Source of the DNA: Myxococcota bacterium | GTDB taxonomy: Bacteria > Myxococcota_A > UBA796 > CAJQPC01 | DNA length: 64,000 bases | Direction of reading: 5' to 3' | Assembly: GCA_036229005.1 (NCBI GenBank) | Contig: JAZAMN010000003.1 | Span: 64,001-128,000, forward strand | Made by a program: the position numbers and the translations under genes | The notes under the pieces: model-generated | Database searches by the model: none | What the model saw: the letters and a program-made list of their open reading frames with translations, nothing else | What the model was told of the DNA's origin: nothing | Shown: positions 17,971 to 27,208 of the stretch, piece after piece | How the letters are laid out: each line of letters opens with the position of its first letter | Numbering within the stretch: the first letter of the stretch is position 1

Positions 17971-19172
17971 TGGCTGCGCTCCGCGAGCTGGGAGGTGGTC
18001 TCGCGCAGGCGCGTGGACACGGTGCCCAGCAGCTTCCAGAGGATGCGGGTGCCCAGCTCGGGCTCGCGGCGGGTGAAGTCCTCCAGGGCCTGGCGCTCGA
18101 TGGTGATCAGGCTGCCAAAGCCGGTGCTGGTGACCGTGGCGCTGCGGGGCTGGGCGTCAACCAGGGACTGCTCGCCGAAGTGGTCACCGGGCCCCAGGGT
18201 CGCCACCGTGACGCCGTCCACGCTGACCTCCAGGTTGCCCTGTACGACCACGTAGAGCTTGCGGCCCACGTCGCCCTGGGCGACCACGATCTCGTCGGGG
18301 CCGACGAACACCTCGTTGACCATGCGGCCCACGCGGGCGCGGGCGTTGAAGGGCAGGTCCTCGAAGAGGAAGAGGCGGGACATCACGTCCGCCCGGGCGG
18401 CAGCGGCTTCGGCCCGCGGGGAGGCATCGGGGTCCACCACCAGCACGGTCACGTTGTCCGGACCGCCGTTGTCCAGGGCTTGCTGAACGAGGCGCTGTGC
18501 GGCGTTGTCCGGAGCGCCGTCGCCCAGGTGGCGGGCGATCTCCAGGGGGCCCACGGGGTCGCTCAGGCCGTCGGAGCAGAGCAGCAGGCGGTCGCCGGGC
18601 AGCACCTCGATCGCGGCGGTGTCGGGCTGAACGCCGGGCTGCAGGCCGATGGCGCGGGTGATGACGTTCCGGTAGCGGCTTCGGCGGGCCTCCTCGTAGG
18701 TCATCTGGCCAGTGCGCACGAGCTCGTTGACCATGGAGTGGTCGTCGGAGAGCTGCAGCAGCTCACCCTCCCGCAGCAGGTAGGCGCGGGAGTCGCCCAC
18801 GTGGGCCAGGAAGATGGCGCCGCCTCCGACCACGGCCACGACCAGGGTGGTGGTCATGCCGCGGCGGGCCTCGGACTCGGCCTCTTCGTAGACGCGGCGC
18901 GAGGCGGTCTGGCAGGCGTGGTCCAGGGCCTCGAGCACGCCGTTGCGGGTGCGGCGGCCGGGCTGGGCGGTGTAGGCCTGGACCGCAGCGTCGATGCGCG
19001 GGGCCAGCTCACCGAAGGTCTGCACGGTCAGGGCGCTCGCGACCTCGCCGCAGGCGCGCCCACCGACACCATCGGCCACCAGGTAGAGCCCGTGATCCGG
19101 CATCGCCAGCAGGGCGTCTTCGTTGTGGTCGCGCTTGCGACCTTCGTCGGTGATGCCGAAATAGCGCTTCAT
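17967..19172 (-). CDS. PP2C Ser/Thr phosphatase fused to a cyclic nucleotide-binding domain
   Basis: RDHNED, VADGVGG, HVGDSRAY, CSDGL, GGPDNVT; C-terminal GDHFGE…PRSATV. Confidence 0.93.
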   Translation of the reverse strand: MKRYFGITDEGRKRDHNEDALLAMPDHGLYLVADGVGGRACGEVASALTVQTFGELAPRIDAAVQAYTAQPGRRTRNGVLEALDHACQTASRRVYEEAESEARRGMTTTLVVAVVGGGAIFLAHVGDSRAYLLREGELLQLSDDHSMVNELVRTGQMTYEEARRSRYRNVITRAIGLQPGVQPDTAAIEVLPGDRLLLCSDGLSDPVGPLEIARHLGDGAPDNAAQRLVQQALDNGGPDNVTVLVVDPDASPRAEAAAARADVMSRLFLFEDLPFNARARVGRMVNEVFVGPDEIVVAQGDVGRKLYVVVQGNLEVSVDGVTVATLGPGDHFGEQSLVDAQPRSATVTSTGFGSLITIERQALEDFTRREPELGTRILWKLLGTVSTRLRETTSQLAERSQ

Positions 19173-19231
19173 TCCTGCTCCCAGCGGGCGGGTGCTCTAT
19201 CCCCCCGTCCCGCCGAGCGCACGACCCGCCC

Positions 19232-20422
19232 TCAGTGCATGGCCAGGGGGATGCGCTGGGTGTGCAGCAGCGTGCGGTCGCCCTGGGGGCCCTCCTCCAG
19301 CAGGCGGATCTCCAGCGCACCCTGGCCGCCCTCGGCCTTCTGCTCCGGGCTGAGGCTGAACTCCACCGCCCGGGTCTCACCCGCCTTCAGGCGCGTGTCG
19401 GGCCCGGTGGGGGCGAAGGGCGGCTCCGCGGCGATCGGGCGCTCCAGGCGCAGCTCGAAGGGCTCGCCCGTGTCCTGCCCTTCGGCGTCCACGGCGACCA
19501 CCTGGACCACCACCAGGGTGAAGGGCGAGCCCGTGGGGAAGCTGTGTCCGGCGCCCGTGTTCATGAGCGTCAGGGTGCCCGTGAGGGTCTCACCGCGGGT
19601 GAGCCCGCCCGGGGGGATGTCGGCCAGCATCGTCACCGCCCGCGCCGGATCCGCGGTCACGCCGTGGTCCCGGTGAGCGGCGAAGTCCCCGGCGGTGATC
19701 AGGCCAGATCGGGGAGGCATGTGGCAGTCCTGACACTGCACGCCGGCGGCGGGGTAGGGGCTGCGGCTCCACTCGCCGTAGGTGTCATACAGCGGCGCTT
19801 CGGCGCCCTCCCAGTCGAGCTGGTGGCAGCTCGCGCAGAACTCCGAGCTCCCCAGCTCCTCGCTGACGGCGACGGGGTGGGGGGCGCCGCTCGCAGGCCG
19901 GCTCCCGACCACGGTCTCGCCCCGGACGTGACAGGCCGCGCAGGTGACCCCTTCGGCGCTCAGGGAGGCGTCCCAGCTCTCGTTCGGCTCCACCAGCGCG
20001 CTGCCCAGCGGACCCCCGCTGTACTCGCGGACCAGGGCGGGCTGTTGGTTGACCAGCGGGGTGTGGCAGCTCGTGCAGAGCGGGCTGTTGCCCGTGGCCG
20101 CCATGGCCGCCTGGAAGGCCTCGTTGCCCAGGGCGTCGGCGTGGGCCGAGTCCGCCCAGCTATCGTGGATCTCGTAGTGGCAGCCGTTGCAGCTCTGGGC
20201 CGAGAGGCTGGCGACCCCGGGGGGCAGGGCCTGGTGGGCCACGGGCAGGCCCTCGGGGAAGAGCTTGGGGGCCTTGGCGGCCTTGGGCTCGGCCTCGGCG
20301 GGGGTCTCATCGGGCGAGGGGTCCGCGACCGGGGGCGGCGCGGTCTGCTGGCCCTTGTTCTTGCGCGCGGCGAAGGCCAGCGGCAGGGCGAGCAGCAGCA
20401 GCGGGAGCAGGCGGGCGTACAT
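19232..20422 (-). CDS. Exported pentaheme c-type cytochrome (c554-like) with C-terminal beta domain
   Basis: Signal peptide; five CxxCH motifs (CNGCH, CTSCH, CAACH, CASCH, CQDCH); GAGHSFPTG. Confidence 0.9.
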   Translation of the reverse strand: MYARLLPLLLLALPLAFAARKNKGQQTAPPPVADPSPDETPAEAEPKAAKAPKLFPEGLPVAHQALPPGVASLSAQSCNGCHYEIHDSWADSAHADALGNEAFQAAMAATGNSPLCTSCHTPLVNQQPALVREYSGGPLGSALVEPNESWDASLSAEGVTCAACHVRGETVVGSRPASGAPHPVAVSEELGSSEFCASCHQLDWEGAEAPLYDTYGEWSRSPYPAAGVQCQDCHMPPRSGLITAGDFAAHRDHGVTADPARAVTMLADIPPGGLTRGETLTGTLTLMNTGAGHSFPTGSPFTLVVVQVVAVDAEGQDTGEPFELRLERPIAAEPPFAPTGPDTRLKAGETRAVEFSLSPEQKAEGGQGALEIRLLEEGPQGDRTLLHTQRIPLAMH

Positions 20423-22965
20423 CAGAAATCAATGACCTCGGGCTTGTCCTCTCCGCCGCGGCGGGGGACGTGCACCACGGCGCCGTCGGGCGCGTAGAGC
20501 GTTGTGTAGACGGCGTAGTTCTCGCTGACCTTCTTCACGTAGGTGCGCGGCTCCCGCAGCGGGATCTGCTCCACCCAGTCGTCCAGGTCGATCTTGCCCT
20601 TCCAGGGGCGGTACCAGGAGCTCACGTTGACCGGCCCGGCGTTGTAGCTCGCCACCGCCATGGGCCAGCAGCCCTCGAAGCGGTCCAGGAGCTGGCTCAG
20701 GTAGAACACGCCGTACTGGATGTTCGTGGCGGGGTCCTCCAGCACGGCGGGGGTGTAGCTCTCCACGCCCAGCAGCCAGGCGACCTTGGAGCCGGTGTGG
20801 GGCATGATCTGCATGACCCCGATGGCCCCTGCGTGGCTCAGCGCGGTGCTCCGGTACAGGCTCTCGCGCCGCATCAGCCCAAAGGCCAGCAGCGGGTCGA
20901 CGTTGTACTCGCGGGACCAGCGCTCGACGTGCTCGCGGTGGGCGGTGGGGTAGCCCAGCCTCCAGGCGAGCAGCCTGTCCTCGCTGGTGGGCGCAGACTT
21001 CTCCAGGCCCAGGGAGAAGCGGGTGCTGTGGTGGTGGTCCTGCGCATAGACGAACGCCGACCGCCACTCCCCCTTGGTGATCGAGACCGCGCGCACCTGC
21101 TTCTGGCGCTCGCTGCGGCGGGACGCGCTGGCCTCGTACTCGTCGTAGATGTCCGCGAGGATCTCGCCGCTGAGCTCGTAGACGCCCACGCTGGCCAGGT
21201 CGTAGGCGGCCGGGAAGAGGGGCCAGACCTCGGCGTTGCGGTCCGCGATGCGCTTGAAGGTGGGGCCGTAGGAGGCGGGATCGACGTAGCGGCCCTCGAC
21301 ATAGGCGTCGTCCACCGCTGGCAGGGCCGTGGCCTTCGGGAAGCGGATGGGGATCGGCTCCACCGGCGAGGTCACCTCGGCCGGCTCCGACCACTGCGGG
21401 GCGCCCCAGGCCAGCGCGCCCCAGTCGAAGGCCTCCGGCTCGGGATCCTGCGTCTGTCCGGCGACGCGAGCCGGGACCGCGCTCCCCACCGGGCTCGCGG
21501 GCGGCTGCACCACCTGCGCGGCGGGGGGAGGCCCCGGGTTTCGACCCTGGCGGAGCTGCTCGGCGCTCATCTCGGCCAGGCCCGTGCGCCAGCGGGACTC
21601 CAGCATCAGCGCGTACCAGGTGTGCTCGGCGTTCTTGCGGATCCAGTTGTAGTCGGCGGCCGCCTTGCTGCGCTCGCCCAGCTTGGACCAGCTCTTCCCG
21701 CGGTAGTAGCGCGCGCTCAGGCCGGTCTCGCCGCCCTTGGCCACGATGGGGTCCAGCCGCGCGATGGCCTCCTTGTGCTCGCCCATCATGTAGGTGTCGT
21801 AGGCGGCGAACCACTCGGCCGCTCGGGCCAGCCCGCCCCCGCCCTTGGACAGCGCGTCCCAGTGCTCCCGCGCCGCCTCGTAGTTCCCGGCCATCTGCTG
21901 GGTGTGGGCGACCACGTCCCGCGCGTAGCGGAAGCGCCGGCTGCTGCCGTGGTTCTTGAGGCCCAGCTCGCCGTACTTGGCGGACTCCTCGAAGTAGCCG
22001 CCGCGGAAGTAGGCGCGGAACGCGTACCAGCAGTCCTCCGTGTTGGGGGCCTTCTCGTACTGCTGGGCGAAGGAGTCCCCCAGCGCCCGATACTGCTTGG
22101 TCCGCCAGGCGAAGGTGCTCCAGTTGGCCTGCTGCCAGGCCTTGACCGCCTCGTCGTCGGGGTTCTGGGCGCCGATGTCCTGGTACAGCGCCCAGGCCTC
22201 CTCCTTGAGGCCGCAGTCCCGCAGGCTGACGGCGCGGAGCTGGGCCTCGCGGACTGCGCCCATGTCGGGCTCGGCCAGGTCTTCGACCTCCATCAGAGCG
22301 TCCAGCGCGCCCTGCGCGGCCACGGCGGTGCAGGGATACTCGAAGCTGAGGGTCATCCCCTTGAGGAGCTGCGCGCCCTTGGCGGGGCTGGCGTTCGCCT
22401 CCGCCAGCGCCATACCCAGCTTGAGCTCTTCGGCCCGCGGGGTGTTCGGGTGCAGGTCCAGGTACTCCTGGTAGGCGTCGATCGCGGGCTTTCGGCTCCC
22501 GGCGGCCACCAGGGCATCCCCCCGCAACACCAGGCACTCGTCCGCGTGGGGACCATCCGGCCACTTGGTCCGGTAGGTCGCGCACTCGCTGGCGGCGACG
22601 CTGTGGCGCCCGCGCATGTGGTCCGAGAAGGCCTCGTACCAGGCACCGTAGGGGGAGAGCGGGCCGTTGCTCAGGCGCACGGCGGTGAACTGGGCCGAGG
22701 CCAGGTTCCAGCGCCCCTGGTCCATGTAGAGCCAGCCCAGCAGGAAGCGTCCGGCGGCTCGGGGGCGGCCGTAGGGACCCTCACCAGAGGCCAGCCAGGC
22801 CTCCAAGGTCGCGATGGCCTGCGTGTCGTCCCCTCGCTTGTGCGCAGCCACCCCCTCCTCCAGGGTGGAGGCCACGATGGGGACCGAGCCAGGGGCGACC
22901 GGCGGGGCCTCTGGCAGGCGGGCGCCCCCGAGCAGCGCGAGGCCCAGGCAGAGAGAGGTCAGCAT
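20422..22965 (-). CDS. Soluble lytic transglycosylase (SLT) with TPR-like repeats
   Basis: MRRES, GAIGVMQIMP, ASYNAG, EPRTYVKKV; helical repeat N-terminal region. Confidence 0.92.
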   Translation of the reverse strand: MLTSLCLGLALLGGARLPEAPPVAPGSVPIVASTLEEGVAAHKRGDDTQAIATLEAWLASGEGPYGRPRAAGRFLLGWLYMDQGRWNLASAQFTAVRLSNGPLSPYGAWYEAFSDHMRGRHSVAASECATYRTKWPDGPHADECLVLRGDALVAAGSRKPAIDAYQEYLDLHPNTPRAEELKLGMALAEANASPAKGAQLLKGMTLSFEYPCTAVAAQGALDALMEVEDLAEPDMGAVREAQLRAVSLRDCGLKEEAWALYQDIGAQNPDDEAVKAWQQANWSTFAWRTKQYRALGDSFAQQYEKAPNTEDCWYAFRAYFRGGYFEESAKYGELGLKNHGSSRRFRYARDVVAHTQQMAGNYEAAREHWDALSKGGGGLARAAEWFAAYDTYMMGEHKEAIARLDPIVAKGGETGLSARYYRGKSWSKLGERSKAAADYNWIRKNAEHTWYALMLESRWRTGLAEMSAEQLRQGRNPGPPPAAQVVQPPASPVGSAVPARVAGQTQDPEPEAFDWGALAWGAPQWSEPAEVTSPVEPIPIRFPKATALPAVDDAYVEGRYVDPASYGPTFKRIADRNAEVWPLFPAAYDLASVGVYELSGEILADIYDEYEASASRRSERQKQVRAVSITKGEWRSAFVYAQDHHHSTRFSLGLEKSAPTSEDRLLAWRLGYPTAHREHVERWSREYNVDPLLAFGLMRRESLYRSTALSHAGAIGVMQIMPHTGSKVAWLLGVESYTPAVLEDPATNIQYGVFYLSQLLDRFEGCWPMAVASYNAGPVNVSSWYRPWKGKIDLDDWVEQIPLREPRTYVKKVSENYAVYTTLYAPDGAVVHVPRRGGEDKPEVIDF

Positions 22966-23072
22966 GGGGGAAGAAGCTCCGCTGTGCCCAGAGCTTTAGT
23001 GCACAACCCCTTGACCTGCCAAGAGCGCCCCCTGCGGGGGATCCCGCAGCCATCTCCCCCCAAGCGAGGTCA

Positions 23073-23732
23073 TCAGGGCCGAAGCTGGTCCTCGGGCACG
23101 CCCAGCAGGAACTCGCTGCCGTCCTCGCTCATCAGCAGGTCGTAGGTGGGCCCATCGTGTACGGCCTGCACCACGCCTCGCCGCCCGTCGGTCAGCTCGA
23201 TGGGGTCCCCCAGGTGCCGGGCGCCCTCCACAGTGGGGCACGGGACCTGGGGCTCGTCGTACTCCACCCACTCGGCCCAGCCGCCCACCAGCACGCGCGC
23301 GCGGGTCCAGCCCTGCTCGCGCAGCCAGCCCGCCAGGGACTCGGCCTCCTGCTCCATGGTCGCGTCGTAGACGGCGATCCAGTGGTCCTTGGGGGGCAGC
23401 AGATCGGTGCGGTGCTTGAGCTGCACGCCGGGCAGCAGCAGGGCCTTGGGCATGACGCCGACGATCCACTCCGCGGGAGGGCGCACGTCCACCAGGGTCA
23501 CGCCTTCGTCGCCGATCACCTGGGCCGCCAGGTAGGTGCGGCCGATGCGCTCCTTGTGGTTGGGGCCGGGCGTGTCGCCGTCGCCGTCCACCAGCTTGGG
23601 GATCTTCGTGGCGTCGTAGCTGCCCTTGGTGCCCTTGGTCTTGCGGGAGGTGCGGGCCTCGGCGTCGCGCTCCATCCCGAAGGCCTTCAGGGCGATCTTG
23701 CGTGCTGCGTTCTTGAGGCGGTCGCGGATCAT
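23073..23732 (-). CDS. Rhodanese-like domain protein (catalytic Cys absent) with C-terminal small beta-barrel
   Basis: LVDVRPPAEW…GVMPKA, LVGGWAEW; active-site loop reads VYDAT. Confidence 0.78.
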   Translation of the reverse strand: MIRDRLKNAARKIALKAFGMERDAEARTSRKTKGTKGSYDATKIPKLVDGDGDTPGPNHKERIGRTYLAAQVIGDEGVTLVDVRPPAEWIVGVMPKALLLPGVQLKHRTDLLPPKDHWIAVYDATMEQEAESLAGWLREQGWTRARVLVGGWAEWVEYDEPQVPCPTVEGARHLGDPIELTDGRRGVVQAVHDGPTYDLLMSEDGSEFLLGVPEDQLRP

Positions 23733-23842
23733 GTGGTCGGCACTCCAGGCCTCCATGCTGCCACAGGGCGCCGTGGCTTGGGGCTGGGCGGGGGTGACGG
23801 TGGCCGCTGCAGCACGTAGAATCCCAATCCGGAGGTCCCCCC

Positions 23843-25675
23843 ATGCTGCTGGCGCTGCTGCTCGCCTGTCCGCCCCCCATCATCGTGATGGAGGACACCA
23901 CCACGACGGACTCGCCCCAGGACAGCGAACCGCAAGACACCGACCCCGTCGACTTCGACGGAGACGGCTACCCCGAGGGCGTGGACTGCGATGACCTGGA
24001 CAGCTCGGTGAACCCGGGCGCCACAGAGATCTGGTACGACGGCCGGGATCAGGACTGCGACGGGAACGACTGCGACCAGGACAACGACGGGGTCCTGTTC
24101 GACTTCGCGATCTGCGGGGGCACCGACTGCGACGACAAGAACGCCGCCATCCGCCCTGACGCGACCGAAGTCTGGTACGACGGCGTGGACCAGAACTGCG
24201 ATGCCTGGTGTGACTGGGACGCCGACATGGACGGCTTCGCGGTGGACGGCAAGACCGGGACCGACTGCGTCGAGGTGCCGCTGGGGGACTGCGATGACGC
24301 GGTCGCGAGCACCAACCCCGACGCCTTGGAGTACGTCGACGGTCTGGACAGCGACTGCGACGGGGTCGAGGACGACCTGGAGACCCTGGACGCGGTCACC
24401 AGCCTCCAGGGCAACGGCGGCGACTTCGGGCTCTGGATGACCACTGGCGATGCCGACGGCGACGCCTACCCCGAGATCTGGGTCAGCAGCCCCGCTGCCA
24501 ACAGCGGCGCGGGACGGGTCGCCCGCTACAACGGCCTGGAGATCGACGCGGACGTCGGCGGGACCCTGGCCTGGACCCGCGCGGAGACCGCCATCGGCCC
24601 CAACGGCGCGAGCGGCGGGATCGGCGCGCCGATGTGGCGCCTGGACCTGGACGACCCCGGGCAGGGGCGCCTGGCCATCGGGGACCCCGGCTCCGGTCAG
24701 GTGCTGCGCTTCAACGAGCCCACCGCCTTGAGCACCGTGGCCACCTCGGACGCGAGCGTCGCCTACTTCTCGAGCTCCTACACCGTCTCCGGGGGCGCGA
24801 TGGGCGTCGTCCGGGCCGGCGCCGACCAGGACGCGCTGATCTTCCTGGGGACCCCGCTCGGCAGCAGCAGCTCCACCCAGGGCGCGCTGTGGCTCTACCC
24901 CACCGACCAGGCCATGCCGGCCTCCAAGGAGATCAGCAGCCTCCCTGGGACCCGGCTCTACCTGTCCGGCAACGTGTCCGACCAGCTCGGGGCCTCGGCG
25001 GTCGCGGTGGATCTGGATGGGGACGGCAAGCAGGAGCTCCTCGTAGGCATGCCAACCGCAGACAAGTCCGACGGCACCCCGGAGGTCGGCGGTGTGGTCA
25101 TCGTGGACAGCACCACGCTCTCTGACATCATCCTGGGCCACGCGGGCAGCCAGAAGGATCTCAGCGACATGGCCCAGATCAAGGGCGACAAGGCGGGCAA
25201 CCAGTTCGGCCAGCAGCTCTTCGCGGTGGGCGATGTGGACGGGGACGGGGTCGACGACCTGATCGCGAGCTCTCTGGTCTCCGGCAAGGCACGCCTGCAC
25301 CTGGTCTCCGGCGCGACTGCTGGGAGCAAGTCCGCCAGCCTGCTCCCCCGCATCGACGTGGGGCGCAGCTCCGACCTCACCGCCAACTACGTCGCGGCCG
25401 CCGACCTCAACGGCGACGGCGTGAACGACCTGGCCATCGGTGACGGGGACTCCCAGCAGGTCCTGATCTTCCTGGGGCCCCTGAGCGCCGCCAGCTACAC
25501 CGCGGCCGACGCCGATGCGGTCGTGAACAGCAGCGCCGCGGGCTTTGGCAGCTCCCTGATGTTCGTGGACAGCCTGGATGCGGATGGCGTGGTGGAGCTC
25601 TGGGTCTCGGCTCCGGAGGCGGTGGTTGACGGGAGCGTCGAGGGCGCGGTCTACCTGCTCCCGCTCGCGTTCTGA
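23843..25675 (+). CDS. Lipoprotein with DCDD/putative metal-binding repeats and FG-GAP (integrin-like) beta-propeller
   Basis: Three DCDD…NPGATE…DG.D.DCDG-type repeats; GDxDGDG/DLNGDG repeats; GGAGG RBS; MLLALLLAC. Confidence 0.88.
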   Translation: MLLALLLACPPPIIVMEDTTTTDSPQDSEPQDTDPVDFDGDGYPEGVDCDDLDSSVNPGATEIWYDGRDQDCDGNDCDQDNDGVLFDFAICGGTDCDDKNAAIRPDATEVWYDGVDQNCDAWCDWDADMDGFAVDGKTGTDCVEVPLGDCDDAVASTNPDALEYVDGLDSDCDGVEDDLETLDAVTSLQGNGGDFGLWMTTGDADGDAYPEIWVSSPAANSGAGRVARYNGLEIDADVGGTLAWTRAETAIGPNGASGGIGAPMWRLDLDDPGQGRLAIGDPGSGQVLRFNEPTALSTVATSDASVAYFSSSYTVSGGAMGVVRAGADQDALIFLGTPLGSSSSTQGALWLYPTDQAMPASKEISSLPGTRLYLSGNVSDQLGASAVAVDLDGDGKQELLVGMPTADKSDGTPEVGGVVIVDSTTLSDIILGHAGSQKDLSDMAQIKGDKAGNQFGQQLFAVGDVDGDGVDDLIASSLVSGKARLHLVSGATAGSKSASLLPRIDVGRSSDLTANYVAAADLNGDGVNDLAIGDGDSQQVLIFLGPLSAASYTAADADAVVNSSAAGFGSSLMFVDSLDADGVVELWVSAPEAVVDGSVEGAVYLLPLAF

Positions 25676-25801
25676 GCTCCGGGTCGCTGGGGCCCGGCTC
25701 TCGGTGGCCGCGCTCGCTTGGGCCGGCCCTCTGGACGCAGCTTTGGCGCACGCCACCGGCCTCCGTGGGATAGTGGAGCGCGCAGCACGCTGAGGGAGCC
25801 C

Positions 25802-26290
25802 ATGGCACTGTGGAAGGACATCGTCTTTGGCCGACCTGACGGCATCCGCCAGTCCATGTACCGGCGGCTGATGGGCAAGCAGGACCAGGTCGAGTCCGCG
25901 GCAGCCCCCACCCCCGAGCCCGTGGTCGACTCCGCAGAGAAGGCGTTGAACCTGGGGATCGAGGCCCCCAAGGACGTCACCCCACCGGACGGCTACGAGG
26001 TGGTCCTCCACCGCGACGCTCTGCCCGCCGGCGAGGTCATCGAGGTGATCATCGCAGGCAACGCCATCGCGCTCGCCCACGCCGCCGATGGCTGGTTCGC
26101 CCTGGACAACGCCTGCCCCCGCGGCGCCTGCGCCCTGGGCGAGGGGAGCCTGAGCGGCCACGATCTGACCTGCCCCACCCACGGCTGGGTGTTTGACGTC
26201 CGCGACGGGAGCTGCGCGATCAGCCCCAAGGACAAGGTCCAGACCTTCCCCGTCCAGGTGGAGGGCGAGGGCGTCTGCGTCGCCATCTGA
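25802..26290 (+). CDS. Rieske-type ferredoxin with atypical first ligand motif
   Basis: FALDNACPRGACALGEG…LTCPTHGWVFDVRDG. Confidence 0.8.
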   Translation: MALWKDIVFGRPDGIRQSMYRRLMGKQDQVESAAAPTPEPVVDSAEKALNLGIEAPKDVTPPDGYEVVLHRDALPAGEVIEVIIAGNAIALAHAADGWFALDNACPRGACALGEGSLSGHDLTCPTHGWVFDVRDGSCAISPKDKVQTFPVQVEGEGVCVAI

Positions 26291-26362
26291 GGGCGCTGCA
26301 TCCTCAGGGGGCGAATCTGAGCGCGCCGAATCTGGAGGCGCCCTGGAGTCCAGCGCGCGCCG

Positions 26363-27205
26363 CTATTCCCAGGACTCCAGCTCCGGGACAGCCGGCCCCA
26401 GCCCGGGCGGGTCCGGCACGGGCCAGGTGTCGCCCCAGAGGTCCTTCCCGCCCTCGACCGCCCAGGTCTGGCCGGTCACGTAGTCGCCGGCCGGACTGGC
26501 CAGGTAGGCCACCAGCCACGCGATCTCCTCACGCCTGGCCAGGCGCTTGACCGGGACGATGCGGGGCATCTGGTCCAGGACCCCCAGGGACTTGGGGTAG
26601 TTGTTCAGGCCGGCGCTGGCGACCAGCCCGGGGGCCACGCTGTTGATCCGCACGCCACGCTGGGCCCACTCCACCGCGAGGCTGCGGGTCATGGCCTCGA
26701 CCCCGGCGCGCGCGGCGACGCTGTGGGCCATGCCGGGGAAGCCCCTCTGGCTGAGCATGGTGATGTTGATGATGCGGCCGCCGCGCTGGAGCATGCAGGC
26801 CTTGGCGACGGCCTGGGTCACCCGCCAGGTGCCCGACAGGTTGGTGTCCACCACCGCCTGGAAGCCCTTCTCGGTGATGGTCTCCGCCGGCGCCAGGAAC
26901 TGACCGCCCCCGTTGTTGACCAGGATGTCGATGGGGCCGTAGCGCTCGACGATCTGTGCGATCACCGCCTGGACCTGCTCCCCATCCCGGATGTTCATGA
27001 CCACCGGGTGCACCGAGGTCCCCAGCTCGGCCGACAGGGCGCTCGCCGCGGCCTCCAGCCGCTCCTGTTTGCGGGCCGCGATGACCACGGTGGCCCCCAG
27101 GCTGGCGAGCTCGCGGGTGATGGCGGCCCCGATGCCGCTGCCGCCACCGGTCACCAGGGCGAGCTTGCCGTCCAGCAGGCCGTCACGAAAGATGGAGGAG
27201 GCCAT
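26363..27205 (-). CDS. SDR oxidoreductase (trans-2-enoyl-CoA reductase/citronellol dehydrogenase-like)
   Basis: TGGGSGIG, NNGGGQF, MAHSVAARAG, YVTGQ. Confidence 0.9.
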   Translation of the reverse strand: MASSIFRDGLLDGKLALVTGGGSGIGAAITRELASLGATVVIAARKQERLEAAASALSAELGTSVHPVVMNIRDGEQVQAVIAQIVERYGPIDILVNNGGGQFLAPAETITEKGFQAVVDTNLSGTWRVTQAVAKACMLQRGGRIINITMLSQRGFPGMAHSVAARAGVEAMTRSLAVEWAQRGVRINSVAPGLVASAGLNNYPKSLGVLDQMPRIVPVKRLARREEIAWLVAYLASPAGDYVTGQTWAVEGGKDLWGDTWPVPDPPGLGPAVPELESWE

Positions 27206-27208
27206 GGG

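Noticed and set aside
23940..24380. Repeated DNA motifs resembling an array
   Set aside because: These are in-frame DCDD protein repeats.
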